A DNA stretch of 64,000 nucleotides, taken from the NCBI RefSeq assembly GCF_001194135.2, contig NC_068995.1, positions 1,122,317 through 1,186,316 on the forward strand. The letters run 5' to 3'. Of this stretch, positions 12,501-25,532 are shown one piece after another. The position numbers were made by a program, and so were the translations under genes. Numbering within the stretch: the first letter of the stretch is position 1; each line of letters opens with the position of its first letter. This DNA comes from Octopus bimaculoides. Lineage: Eukaryota. The notes beneath the pieces were generated by a model. The model saw nothing but the letters and a program-made list of their open reading frames with translations, made no database searches and was not told the origin of the DNA.

Positions 12501-15500
12501 TGTATCTTGGAGTATACTATTATACTGTCTTTTTTTTTTCTTTTTCATGACTGATTTCGTAGATTATTAGTCGCTGTTTCTAGCAGGTCGTTGTGACCAC
12601 AGAGGTGTCCCTCGTTGGTTTGTTGTTGTTTTGTTCCAGGGCTTGATCGAGAGAGCAAACAGATCTGTGTCAGAGACCTTCTAGCTGTAATCCTCTCGTC
12701 TTAATTCAAGCACAGGCTATCTAGAAGCACAAATCTTCCTCTAGACATAAACCCTATCTCGTCTGGGATCATTGTTTCTTTTTGTTACGTAACTTAGCTG
12801 TCCGACAATAGTCATCGGTAAAATAAGTACCAGAGTGGAAATAAATGACTGGGATCGATATGATTGCCTAAACCCCATTTTCAACTGCACCTTGTTTTTT
12901 TTTTTGTTTTTTTTAAAAACATTTTACGTACAATAATCAGTATTGAAAGACGAAGTTTAATTTGAATTGTCCACTGGAGGTGCTGGTATCGAGGAGTAAA
13001 CACTGAAAGAGATGCTCTAGCGTGGCCGTTGTCCAGTGACTGAAACCAGTCAAACATAAAAAGAATACAAGTGGGAGTCATCCTGTAAAGAAACAACCAA
13101 CAACCCCTAAACACGAAAAAGTTTCAAAGGACGAAAATGTTTTTTGTTTCGATCCAATGTGTCTATCTTGTGTTTCTTTTTTCGTTTTAAAGATATACAG
13201 GGCGAGATTTGAGAAAAATTTGGCTGCTATTTCTAGCACAGTTCTTTGGTTCATTGTTGTTTGTTATCGTTGGTGTTGTAGACAGTCCTTAATCTGGCCA
13301 AACAGGTTCGAAACACAACAGCCACCCAAAAAGCAACTCCCTTTCAATTTCTTGCTTTCTGGAATTCTAATTTGATGTCTCACGGAGATAGTTTGACTTG
13401 AATAAGCGTTCCTAGTGGTGACCACCTTGTCTTGTTGTAGAACACGAATGTCCTGAGGATTGGAAGTTACGTCCACAGCTGCATTTAACAAGTTCGAGCT
13501 GCACAATCTCTCCTCCCCTTTTTCAGGGTTCTTCCTTAAACACACACAATGTTTTAAATAAATACAGCAATGAGTTCGTTTTATTAAGACTACACAATTG
13601 CAAAAACAGGCGACTGATTTACGAGAAACTTCGCCCTCCTCCTCGTTGTTCATACCAGGTCATTCTTGATCCAGCAAACATTTAATCAAAAGAATTCCCA
13701 CCGTGACCATTCCGTTGTCTTTTTTTTTTGTTTTTGTTTTTTTTCAACGGTTATATGTGTTGGAAGATTACTTTCTCCTCCAGTGTGACTTCCCATGCTT
13801 ATGATGGTGTCAGGGAATACAAGCAACATTTGGCTGCTATTTCTAGCCGGTTGGCCGACCATGTGGAGGCTTTCTCATCCTCCCCCTCCATTGTCTCATA
13901 GCTTCATCGTTCGTTGCATGTCTATACCCCCCCCCCACACCTATTTTTAAAACAGAAAAACCAGCTGGAAGTGCGTTCAGGGAAGAATTTCACTGCAACA
14001 GTGAGCAAGTTTGTGTGACTCCTTTGTTGCATGCCTATAACGCCATTACACACACACACACACACATTACACATTGTAGATACACATGCACAATCACACA
14101 ATTACGTACAAAGCATGCAAGCGTGCTCACGCATACACACACACACACAAGCTGGTATTCGCATACACATGCGTATCACACATATATACATATGCATATT
14201 ACACGTACAAGGCAGTACTCCAGCATGGCCTTGACCCAAGCTGTGATGGTTGAAACCAAGAACGCGCGCGCCCCCGCGTCTCTCTCTCTCTCTCCACACG
14301 GATTAATTGACTGCTGCTAGAGTGAACAGGTCGACCAACGAAGGGAGAAGCTCCCACGCTGACTCATACGGCTCCTCCGCCCCCTCGCTCCCCACCGTAG
14401 GAATTTTCTGTTTGAAGACTGAGATGTGGCTGCTACATTTGGAGTAGGTCGGGTCGGTGGGTGGAGGAAGTTTCTACCTCCTTTATTTGCTCCCTTTACA
14501 TCATCCAACCTTCTCCCCCCCACCCTCACCCCATTCTCCAACCCCATTTGGTTGTTATGAGACAGGAAGGCGGTGGGGGGGAGGGGGAGGAGCTGAGACN
14601 NNNNNNNNNCATTGCTTTGGTCTTGAGTTGTGTCCATGATTCTTCTGAAACTTGTTAATGTTGTCCTTGAATATTTACGAGCCAAGAGTTGGGGGTGGGG
14701 TAGATTGGCAGGCAGTTTACCGCAAGGAATTTGGTACAAGTATATGCAAAGACCTTGTCTTCAGTGACTTGACAGTTCTAATGGGGAAAAGGGCAAAAGA
14801 ATAAAAATGTATTTGTGTGGGGGGAGATGGAATTTTCGGCTGTGAATTCTGAGAAAATAAATATATGGATAATGGAAAACTTTGAGCCAACCTTCATTCA
14901 TGAGTGAGTGTGGATTAGTGACATGTGCCATACTTTCAATAATTATTTTAGGGACCCTTTTGTAATTTATGATTGACTTAGAAATTAGACTAACGTCTCT
15001 CATAAGACCAGAGTTAAACCTTGTTTCCATGGCAGTATAAGTGACTGAGATTACAACACTCCTCCTACCCTGGATGGGACGCCAGTGCTTCACAGGATTA
15101 ACTTCCCAGCTATTGCAGGAACTCATTTACAACTGAGTGAACTAGAACAGCATGAAATGAAGTGTCTTGCTCAAGAATGCAATCTTGCAACCCACTCAGC
15201 CACACATCTTCAATTCATCTTGTCAGTGTTTTGGAGCACTTAAATCGAACACAATTTCATTAGCTAAATTTCTATTGAAATACTCAGTCTTTTGTTTCAA
15301 TTAATTGTGAAAATGATGAATTTAGTTAACTTTGCCTTTTTTGGGAATATAAATTAATGAATTAATGATGTGATGGAAGGTTTTAAATTTAGATCACTTT
15401 AAAACCGGAAGTTTGTATTATTGGCTCAAGGACAGTGTCTGGCAGATTGGTGTGAAAAGAGTGGAGACCAAAGAAGCTGCTGCTAAGAAGTAAACAGACC

Positions 15501-17572
15501 ATTACTAGATGCCATGTTTCTTTTCAAAGAACCACCTAACGTTCAGCACATTGGATTCCCCTCCACTCCCCATGGCTAATCAGTCCACTCTATATTTTTT
15601 TTCTTACTACTAACTTTTATATATTAAATCCTAACCTATTTAAACATTTATTTATTTAACACTGATAGCAATAATCAATAGAAGCAAGTTTTTCCACTTA
15701 GGATTAGGTTAACAGGAATAAATGCATATTTTTAATACTTCTCAGAAGAATTTTTACAAAAAAACCCCCTCCTTGTTTCAGTCATTGGAATGTAACCAAG
15801 CTGGGGCACCACCTTGAAGGGTTTAGCCAGACAAATTGACCCCAGGACTTTTTTTTTTAAGCATAGTTCCTTTTGATCCTTTTACTGAGCTACTGAGTTA
15901 TGGGGATGTAAACAAACCAACAGCTGTTGTCAACATGCACACACATAGTGTCTCCAGTTTTGTAGAGCTACTAGATTTGACATCTGTGTAAACAAGGTAG
16001 CTTGTCTTGTCTTGGTCCTGGATTTGTTCAAATGAGACAGACACCTTATGAGACCCCAATAAGGGTTCAATTGAAGCTGTTCATCATTTTTTATTCTACA
16101 GGGAAATAAGGTAAGTTTGACACGTTGCTATGGCTATCACATAGATTTACATATTTGTGTATGTTCAGCAAAAGAGACTGACAATATAAGTTACATCATC
16201 ATCATCATCGTCATCATCATCATACGTCCGTTTCCCATGCTGGCATGGGTTGAACGGTTTGACAGGAGCTGGCAATCTAGAGCACTACTACTCCATGCTC
16301 CAGTCGTCTGATTGGGAATGGTTTCTACGGCTGGCCGCCCTTCCTAACATGCCAACCACTTTCCAAAGTGTGGACTGGGTGCTTTTACATAGCACTGGCA
16401 TGGATGCTTTTTATGTGGCACCAGAACCCATGATCCCGCAAAACCAGGGACACTCAACTGAAGAAGGATGCGGGGGACATGCCTGTGTGTATGCAAGGAT
16501 GACCCTGTATTTACTTAGCTTGATATGTGTAGAAGTTTCAGTCCCCTTGATTAAAAAAAAATAATCCCAGGTTTCATCTCTTCCATACAAGAATGGAAAA
16601 GTTGACACAAAAATGAGGATGCTACACATGCATAAATGCACAGACAGACACATTCTTATTGATATATATATATATATATTCACATTCATTTGTGTGTGGG
16701 TGTAAGTACTAAAGCTAACCAGCGCAACCAACCTGGCACGCTCACATGTCCTGTGATAGCACTAACGATACCATTTATTTCAATACCATTCCATGCTACA
16801 TCTTTTACCCTAATGTTGTTTATGTTTAATTTCATTTAAATTCTTCAGGAATACCATTCTATCGCTACTCTGCTTGTCTGTAGAACATCAAGAACTTAGA
16901 TGGAATAGATAGCTAGAGAGACAGACAGACAGATAAGTAAACACATATGCACACACATATTTGTATCTCTGTGTATACACACACACATGTGCATACAAGA
17001 CTGCCACTCTCTCTTTCCATATATATGTATGTGTGTGTGTGTGTGTATCAGTGAGTGAATGATTGTTTTAGCTAATTAGTATCTGTAAGCTTGATATTAT
17101 TCATTCTTATTGAGCATTATTATGAATTTGTTTGCATCATAAACTAATTCTGTGAAATATTTGTTTCCTTCAACACGATGCTCTATGGAATCGGTACAGG
17201 AATGGCTGTGTGGTTAAGAAATTTCCTTTAGAACTGCATGCTTTTGAATTCATGTTTCTATTGTAGCCTTGGAGCTGACCATAACCTTGTGAGTGAATAT
17301 GGAATTTGGAAGCCCCTCCCCCACCACCATTTTTCGTGTGTGTACCTGCATTTTGTGTTTCTATTTCTCACTCACTGCATGACAACAGGTGTTGGTTTGT
17401 TTACATCACTGTCCAATACAATAATATGTACCAAACTTAGAATGAATTCTAGGATCAATTTGATTGACCAAATCTTCAAGGGAATGCACAAACGTGACCC
17501 CCCCCCCCCNNNNNNNNNNGACCCCCCCCCCCACATTCCAGTGAGTGAGATAAGCAGATGGAAAACTGCATC

Positions 17573-17603
<31 letters not shown>

Positions 17604-18035
17604 ATCTTTTATCTTTTACTTGTTTCAGTCATTAGACTGTGGCCATGCTGCAGCACAACCTTGAAGAATTTTAATCAACTGAATCAACCCCAGGACTTAT
17701 CTTTTTGTTAAGCCAGGTACTTATTCTTGCAGACTCCTTTTGCTGAACCGCTAAGTTACAGAAATGTAAATACACCAATACCAGTTGTCAAGCAGTGGTG
17801 GGGGAGACGCACAGACAGAAAGACCCCCCACACACACACACATACATACATAAAAATATGTATGCAATGGGGTTCTTTCAGTTTTGTATACCAAATTCAC
17901 TCACTGTGCTTTGGTCAGCCCAAGGCTGTAGCAGAAGACACTTGGCTAAGGTGTCATGCAGTAGGATTGAACCCAGGACCATGTGCTTGGGAAGCAAACT
18001 TCCTACCATACAGTCACACTTATGCCCATATATAA

Positions 18036-18073
<38 letters not shown>

Positions 18074-18462
18074 TATTTTATATTTTATCATCATCATTTA
18101 CCATCCGTTTTCCATGCTGGCATGGGTTAGAAGGTTTGACTGGAACTGGTAAGCCAGAGAGCTATACCAGGTTCCAGTTTGGTTTGGCTTGGTTTCTACA
18201 GCTGGATGCCCTTCCTGATGCCAACCATTCCAAGATAGTAGTGGGTGTCTTTCATGTGTCACTGGCGCTGGCCACAACTATGATGATATGTAAAAGGCAC
18301 CCACTATGTGTATTGATGAAGGAGAATGTTCTCTATGTGGCTCGTGTGTTCTCGTCTACGTTTGTTTGCAATGCCCTGTACCCAGATATGCACCTATACA
18401 TACAGGTGGATGTCGGTATGCACATACCTGTACGTATATATGCATATACTCATTTACTATTT

Positions 18463-18500
<38 letters not shown>

Positions 18501-20546
18501 NNNNNNNNNNNNNNNNNNNNNNACACATATTTAAATATTGGTAAGCTAGGCTTTCCAGTATGAGAGAAATATAAGAATGTAAAGCCGTAAATATCCACCT
18601 TTCTATATTTATACATCTAGGAAGGTATGTGTGTGTGTGTGTGTTTTTATATATGTGTGTGTATATATATATATATATACATAAAAGGTGTATCTAATGT
18701 ATATGCAATGTGAGTCAGTAAAATTTTTAGTGAAATTTAAAATGCTAACTGCACACTCACACACATATATACGTGTGTGTGTGTATATATATATATATGT
18801 GTGTTTATATACACATACACATAGGTAAGTATGCAGGTAGATAGATTGATAGATAGTTTGGTAAGTAGGTAGATAGACAGCCAGGTGTGTATATTTGTGT
18901 GAGTGTGTGTATAGACAGACAGACAGAATCATTAACCTTTTTGTTGCTTAGAAAGTAGAATCAATATGATAGATTTTTTGCAGTATATCATGTGTGTGTG
19001 TGTGTGTGTGTTCATGTATAATGTTGTAAATCAATACAATGTCCCCCCAAAATTCTAGTTTTTTTTCATTGATTTGCACCAAAACATCTGAATGAATCAT
19101 CCCTCCCACCCCTCTCAGATGAATGCAATTTTCTATTGTTTTTCATTTTTATTCTGTTTTACCTTTTACNNNNNNNNNNNNNNNNNNNNNNNNNNCCCCC
19201 CCCCCGAGTCCTGTCTTTTGTTCTGTTTTTGTCTTTTCTGTAGCAGAAGAGACAATTTTCTTCTTTTTTTCTCCTCCATTCCCCGCCCCCCACCTCTCAG
19301 GTGGGCTGACTGCTTGCTTGGCTATACTGGATTATATTTGCCAATATGTCTTCTTTCACAGCTTAAGTTTATTCTTGTGGGTAAGGGATTGTTTAGCCAG
19401 GACCTGCCGCATGGTTACTTGTGTCCCCGCAAGCAACATGAATTTTGGTGCCCCCCAGCCAGGTGAATATCAGTCCCTTTATTATCATGGCCATCATTAT
19501 CATTGATTTAACATCCACTTATCCATGCTCACATGGGTCAGACAGAAATCTATTGAGGCCCCTTCCTGTTGCCTTCCAGACGCCCTTCCTGTTGCCAACC
19601 CTCGCTTGTTTCCTAACAAGTATTTCCCCTAGACATGTTCTCACAGAATATTGGAAATGAAGGACACTGCTTGTATGACAGTGACACTCGCTTACAGCTG
19701 TGACATGATGTCATCACAAGGAGACACACACACACACACACAGGATTTTTCAACCAGATATTGTTCTTATTACCAACCTTCACCTGTTTTTCAAGTAAGG
19801 AATTTTTTTTACTCCATAAGTGTAAGGAAACTGACAATTTTTGTCTGATTACAACCTCAACATCCTTGAACCAAGTTATTACATCATAACAATACTCATG
19901 GATCTGTGTGTCTGTGTGTCTGTCAAAACACCCCCTCCCCCATGCATAGCCTCTCCTTGAAACAGCATACATCTCTTGTATGTTACCCCTGAAATGCTCC
20001 CACGTTGGACCCTTCTCTATACATATTCCTGCATGCTCAGACACACATCCATAAATCCAGGTACACCAACACACTTGGATGCCCCCCCCCCCCACACACA
20101 CACACANNNNNNNNNNNNNNNNNNNNNNNNNNNNNNNNNNNNNNNNNNNNNNNNNNCATATGCAGATATATACATGCACATACTCAGCTACACTCGCACA
20201 CACACACACACATATCTAAAATAGTCTACATAGTGATAAATTACATCACAAAGGATGGGCGGCTTCTTGTCTGCACTACTTAAAATACCCTAACCCTACC
20301 CTGCCAACTTCCCCCACCAACAATATCATACCATTCATCATCATCACCAGTGCTACTATTATCACCACCACCACTACCATCATCATCATCTAAACCACCT
20401 TCCTCACAGTCATCCATCATCTTTGGGAAAGGCATGAGTGTCAGAATTCCTCATTTGTATAAATCTGAAAGTAAAAGTGTATTCCTTTACAGTAAAGACC
20501 CTCATTTTTTGGAGATGGAAAATATTCATATTTGGGTGTGTGGGGA

Positions 20547-20591
<45 letters not shown>

Positions 20592-23500
20592 NNNNNNNNN
20601 NNNNNNNNNNNNNNNNNNNNNNNNNNNNNNNNNNNNNNNNNNNNNATATATACTGCAGCAATCATTCAGCAAGATGCAAACCATTTGGTGGGAAGATCTT
20701 GTTCATGTTATTGAAGCTGCTGCTGCTGATGCAAATGACAGCAAGGAACTCTACCATCTTATGAAGCAAACTTATGCGCCTAAAAGAGTTCTGCATCAGC
20801 TCCTTTGCTTTGCAAAAGAGAGCGCTACCCTGCTTACTAAATCAACAAAAATCACAGGTCACTGGTTTGGACATCTTTTTGAACTTCTAAACTGTGAATC
20901 TGTTGTAGATGATGCTGTAACAGACATTCTTCAGCTATCATCAGCTCCCTGGATTCCACACCTTGAATAGACAAGGAAGTAATAGCAATGATAAGGTGAA
21001 TTGGTGGAAAGGTTCTGGCAAGTAAACCTCTTACCTGCTTCAATGGATACTTTGTAAATGGTGTTGCATCTGAATCTCAATGTGGCTCCCATTCTGGTAG
21101 AGGAACAATGGATATGGTCTTTACAACAAGACAGATGCAGGGAAAGTGCTATGAGCAGAGTATGGATCTTGTACAGGTTTTCATTGATTTAATCAAAGCT
21201 TTCAATACTGTGAATAGGACCTCCCTGCGGAAAATACTCGGCAAACTTAGTTGTGTGAGTCACTTTGTGTCTATAATTAAATCATTTCATGATGGGATAG
21301 AGGCATGAGTCAGTGTTGGTGGTGGCATAGCAGGGACCTATTCCTGTAGGGAATGGTGTCAAGCAAGATGATATTCTTGCCTCAACTCTCTTTCCATTGT
21401 ATTTTGCTACTCCTCCCACTTGTGCCTTTACTGTGGATTACTTTTCTGGGAGGTATGTGAAGTACCATACTTCTGGAAGTCACTTCAACTTGTCAATTTA
21501 CTGCCAATTTGAGAGTTTTTCAGTCTCTTATTTGTGACCTTTTTTTTTATGGGGATGATTGCAACTTCATTGCTCATACAGCTGAAGATATGAAAATTCT
21601 CATGGATCATATCTCAACATGTTGCAATGCATTTAGACTTGGTATTAGCCTGGAAAAGACTTGTGATGCTTCAGCTGTACCATGGAGTCCAAATGTGAAA
21701 CCATCTGTCTTAGTTGAAGGAACAGGAGTGAAAGTGATGGACATGTTTGTCTGCCGGGGCCATACACTCGGCTGTTCTTGCTCTTTGGATTATGAAATAT
21801 TGTTAAGGCTTCAGAAAACAATGGGGTCCTTCAGGGGCCATGAAGTTACCAAGAAACATGCAAAACATAAAAGAGCAGAGGAAAAGGAAAGCGGGGGGGT
21901 TAGCTCCTACCACTATGAGGAAGAATTGGAAGGAGAAGGTGGAGGTGGGTGACTGTTTGCCAAGTGTTGAAAGGTTAAAGTATGATAGACAAGCCCCGGG
22001 TTTGTTGCAACAGAGATACAATGGAGGTACTGATGGGGTGCTAGAACAAACTCCTTAGGTACAAGAAAGTGAGCAGAAGAAAGGACATGGAGAGTAGCAG
22101 GAGAGGTTAATGTAGTGATGAACAAGGGGGGGGGGGTCATGTATATACACACATGCATGTTACTATCTCCATGGCCTTGATATAGCGATAATTGTTAACG
22201 AATATTTCATCTCCTGTAAAAACTTGGAAACAAGTTAAAATGTTAAAATGATAATATAATATATATTATATATATAATACATACGTATATAGATAATATC
22301 TATACTTTATATACACATAGTACATATATATAAATCATATATATATATAATAACTTAGCGGTTCGGCAAAAAAGCCCGATAGGGTAAGTACTAGGCTTAC
22401 AAAGAATAAGTCCAGGGGTCAATTTGCTCGACTAAAGCGGTGCTCCAGCATGGCCGCATTCAAATGACTAAAACAAGTAAGAGTAAATATATATATATAA
22501 TGATGATGATGATGTATATTTGTGTGTGTGTGTGTGTGTGTGTGCTTTATGTATTTGAGAGAATAACCCATTTATCTATTTCACTGATATCACGTGAAAC
22601 ACCTGTTAGTTGAGAGGATGGTGTGGGTGTAGTGGTGTAGTGTGAGGGGGAAAAAAGTTGTGTGGGTGTGTGATGATGATGTTAATGTAAGTGTGTGTGT
22701 GAGGATATGTTTATCATTTGCGTATCCGTATTTCCTTAAACACTGTTACAGCATGGCCGTCACTGAACCAATGAGAGACTTTTACCAGACCAAAGAAAGA
22801 GTAACCAAATTTAACTCAAACCACATCCTGCTGTCTTAATAAAAGAAAGACACATAATAGCTTGCTAAATAGACCGTGCCTAACCTCCACCATTGAGAAT
22901 GGGATTGTAATGCTTTTTACCAGAATTGGCTGTTTAGTCGTCGCTGACCCGGGGCTAAACAAAAGCGATACAAATCAACTAAAGAGCCTCTGTTGTCACC
23001 AAACAACTTGCTAGAAATGGCAGTCATATCTGCCTCTGTTTACATTAGGATGGACACATCAGGTTGTGTAATTGTAGATATACTATTAAAAAACGAAAAC
23101 AGAAAAACTGTGAAGGTTATGGCAAGAACATTTCTGATCCTAGGTCTGACCTGTGGCTAAACGCTAACACCATTGTCCACTAGATGACCTCTATGTCACA
23201 TCTCTCTCCCCACCTCCCACCTTTTTGGCTGTACATTATATCATCCCATATTGGAACACAAACATGTGGGTTGAAGTGCTAGAAATAGAAGTTAAATCAC
23301 CAACAAATCACAATTTATTGCCTTCTAAACAAGCAACAACAAAAAAGACATTGGATAATGTAGTCCAAGATATTCTATGCATGTCATCGTCTTAATGAGC
23401 ATTTTTCTATAGTTGTTTGGGTTGGACAGTGTTTATTTAGGCAGATTTTTCTACGGCTGGATGCTCTTTCTATCACCTACGCTCACCTGTTTCCAACCAA

Positions 23501-25497
23501 GGTAATATTTCCTCATGCCCTTCCCAACCTCATGGTTCTGAGTTCAGTCCCACTTCGTGGCATTTTATGAAAGTGTCTTCTGCTACAGCCACGGGCTGAC
23601 CAAAGTATTGCAAGTGGATTTGGTAGATGGAAACACGGTTGTGTAGCCTCCATTGCAGCTGTCCGTGCTGCATCTTACAGCTTTTACAATGTCCACAGAG
23701 CATTGAACAAGTCATGATATCGACGTTTTGATACCCACTGCAAATCATCATCATATTGATCACTCTCTTCTAATATTCCGATGGCTTCCAGTCTTCTACG
23801 CCAGCTAACTTTTTCTCAACTACAACTTTAGTTGCTCTGCAATGTCCATTGACGGCTCACCTATACATCAAACTGTTCTTGAGAGAAAGAGACAAAAAAT
23901 CATGAAATTTAGTTTGAACGTCCTGAATGTAAAGTGAGTGGGAGTGTAATTGTTTGTCCCATTCTCGTGACATCTTGTGCTTGTTATAAATGAGTGTCTG
24001 TCATTCGTTTCCAATACTCTGCAAAAACATGTCTGGCTATGGGAAAATATTATCATGCTTGGAAACAGAGTAAAGGTTGATGACTTTCAGAGGCAGCTGT
24101 AGAGAATTTGCTCCAATAAACTAGAAAAGTGTACTTTAAACAATGGTGGCGGTGTGTATGGGAGAGAGAGAGAGAGAGGGAGGCAAGTTGTGACGAATGT
24201 GAAAGTGAGAGAGACTGGTTATGGTGAATGTGTTTGACGTGTGAGAAACAGAGTAGAACAATATGTAGCCGTGGTGGGTGTGTGTGAGAGTTGTATCGAA
24301 AGAGTGCGACAGAGATGACGATGTATGCTGAATGTGTGAGAGAGAGACCATATGTATTAATGTTTAAATATGTTGATACAGGCAATGGTGTGTTTACCTA
24401 CGTGTGCTTTGCACTTTGCTGTGGGATATCTGTATGTTTGTGTGTAGCTATGTATTATCAGTGTATTTCGAACATGCGAGTGCCCATATAAGTTCCTGCT
24501 CATGTATATACATACATGTATTTCTTTGAATTTCTTTGTAGGACTATATTACCATGTGTGTGTGTGATGCTGTTCGTTGTGCGCCGTAAACAACCATTCT
24601 CTTCCACTTTGTTAACATGGTTTAATGTTCTCGAGAAAGTTTTTAACCGTGAAACATTCTCACATCTTAGCTTCCACGTGGTTGTTCGGTCGGCTAGAAA
24701 CAAAAACCAATTCTCCCTTAAAATCACATCCCTTTGTCTTACAATAAAGAAACGTATTGCAGTTAAACTAATTTTAAAAATAGAATAACAATAATTATGA
24801 CTAGAATGCTTTCTGATATAAGTCTGCTCGATCAAAGGACTATCTTGGAGCTACATAATTATCAGCATNNNNNNNNNNNNNNNNNNNNNNNNNNNNNNNN
24901 NNNNNNNNNNNNNNNNNNNNNNNNNNNNNNNNNNNNNNNNNNNNNNNNNNNNNNNNNNNNNNNNNNNNNNNNNNNNNNNNNNNNNNNNNNNNNNNNNNNN
25001 NNNNNNNNNNNNNNNNNNNNNNNNNNNNNNNNNNNNNNNNNNNNNNNNNNNNNNNNNNNNNNNNNNNNNNNNNNNNNNNNNNNNNNNNNNNNNNNNNNNN
25101 NNNNNNNNNNNNNNNNNNNNNNNNNNNNNNNNNNNNNNNNNNNNNNNNNNNNNNNNNNNNNNNNNNNNNNNNNNNNNNNNNNNNNNNNNNNNNNNNNNNN
25201 NNNNNNNNNNNNNNNNNNNNNNNNNNNNNNNNNNNNNNNNNNNNNNNNNNNNNNNNNNNNNNNNNNNNNNNNNNNNNNNNNNNNNNNNNNNNNNNNNNNN
25301 NNNNNNNNNNNNNNNNNNNNNNNNNNNNNNNNNNNNNNNNNNNNNNNNNNNNNNNNNNNNNNNNNNNNNNNNNNNNNNNNNNNNNNNNNNNNNNNNNNNN
25401 NNNNNNNNNNNNNNNNNNNNNNNNNNNNNNNNNNNNNNNNNNNNNNNNNNNNNNNNNNNNNNNNNNNNNNNNNNNNNNNNNNNNNNNNNNNNNNNNN

Positions 25498-25532
<35 letters not shown>

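Noticed and set aside
9720-13880. Repeat-spacer appearance suggesting a CRISPR-like array
   Set aside because: Units are degenerate, spacing is irregular (hundreds of bp), copies are dispersed elsewhere, there are no cas genes and the context is a eukaryotic intron.
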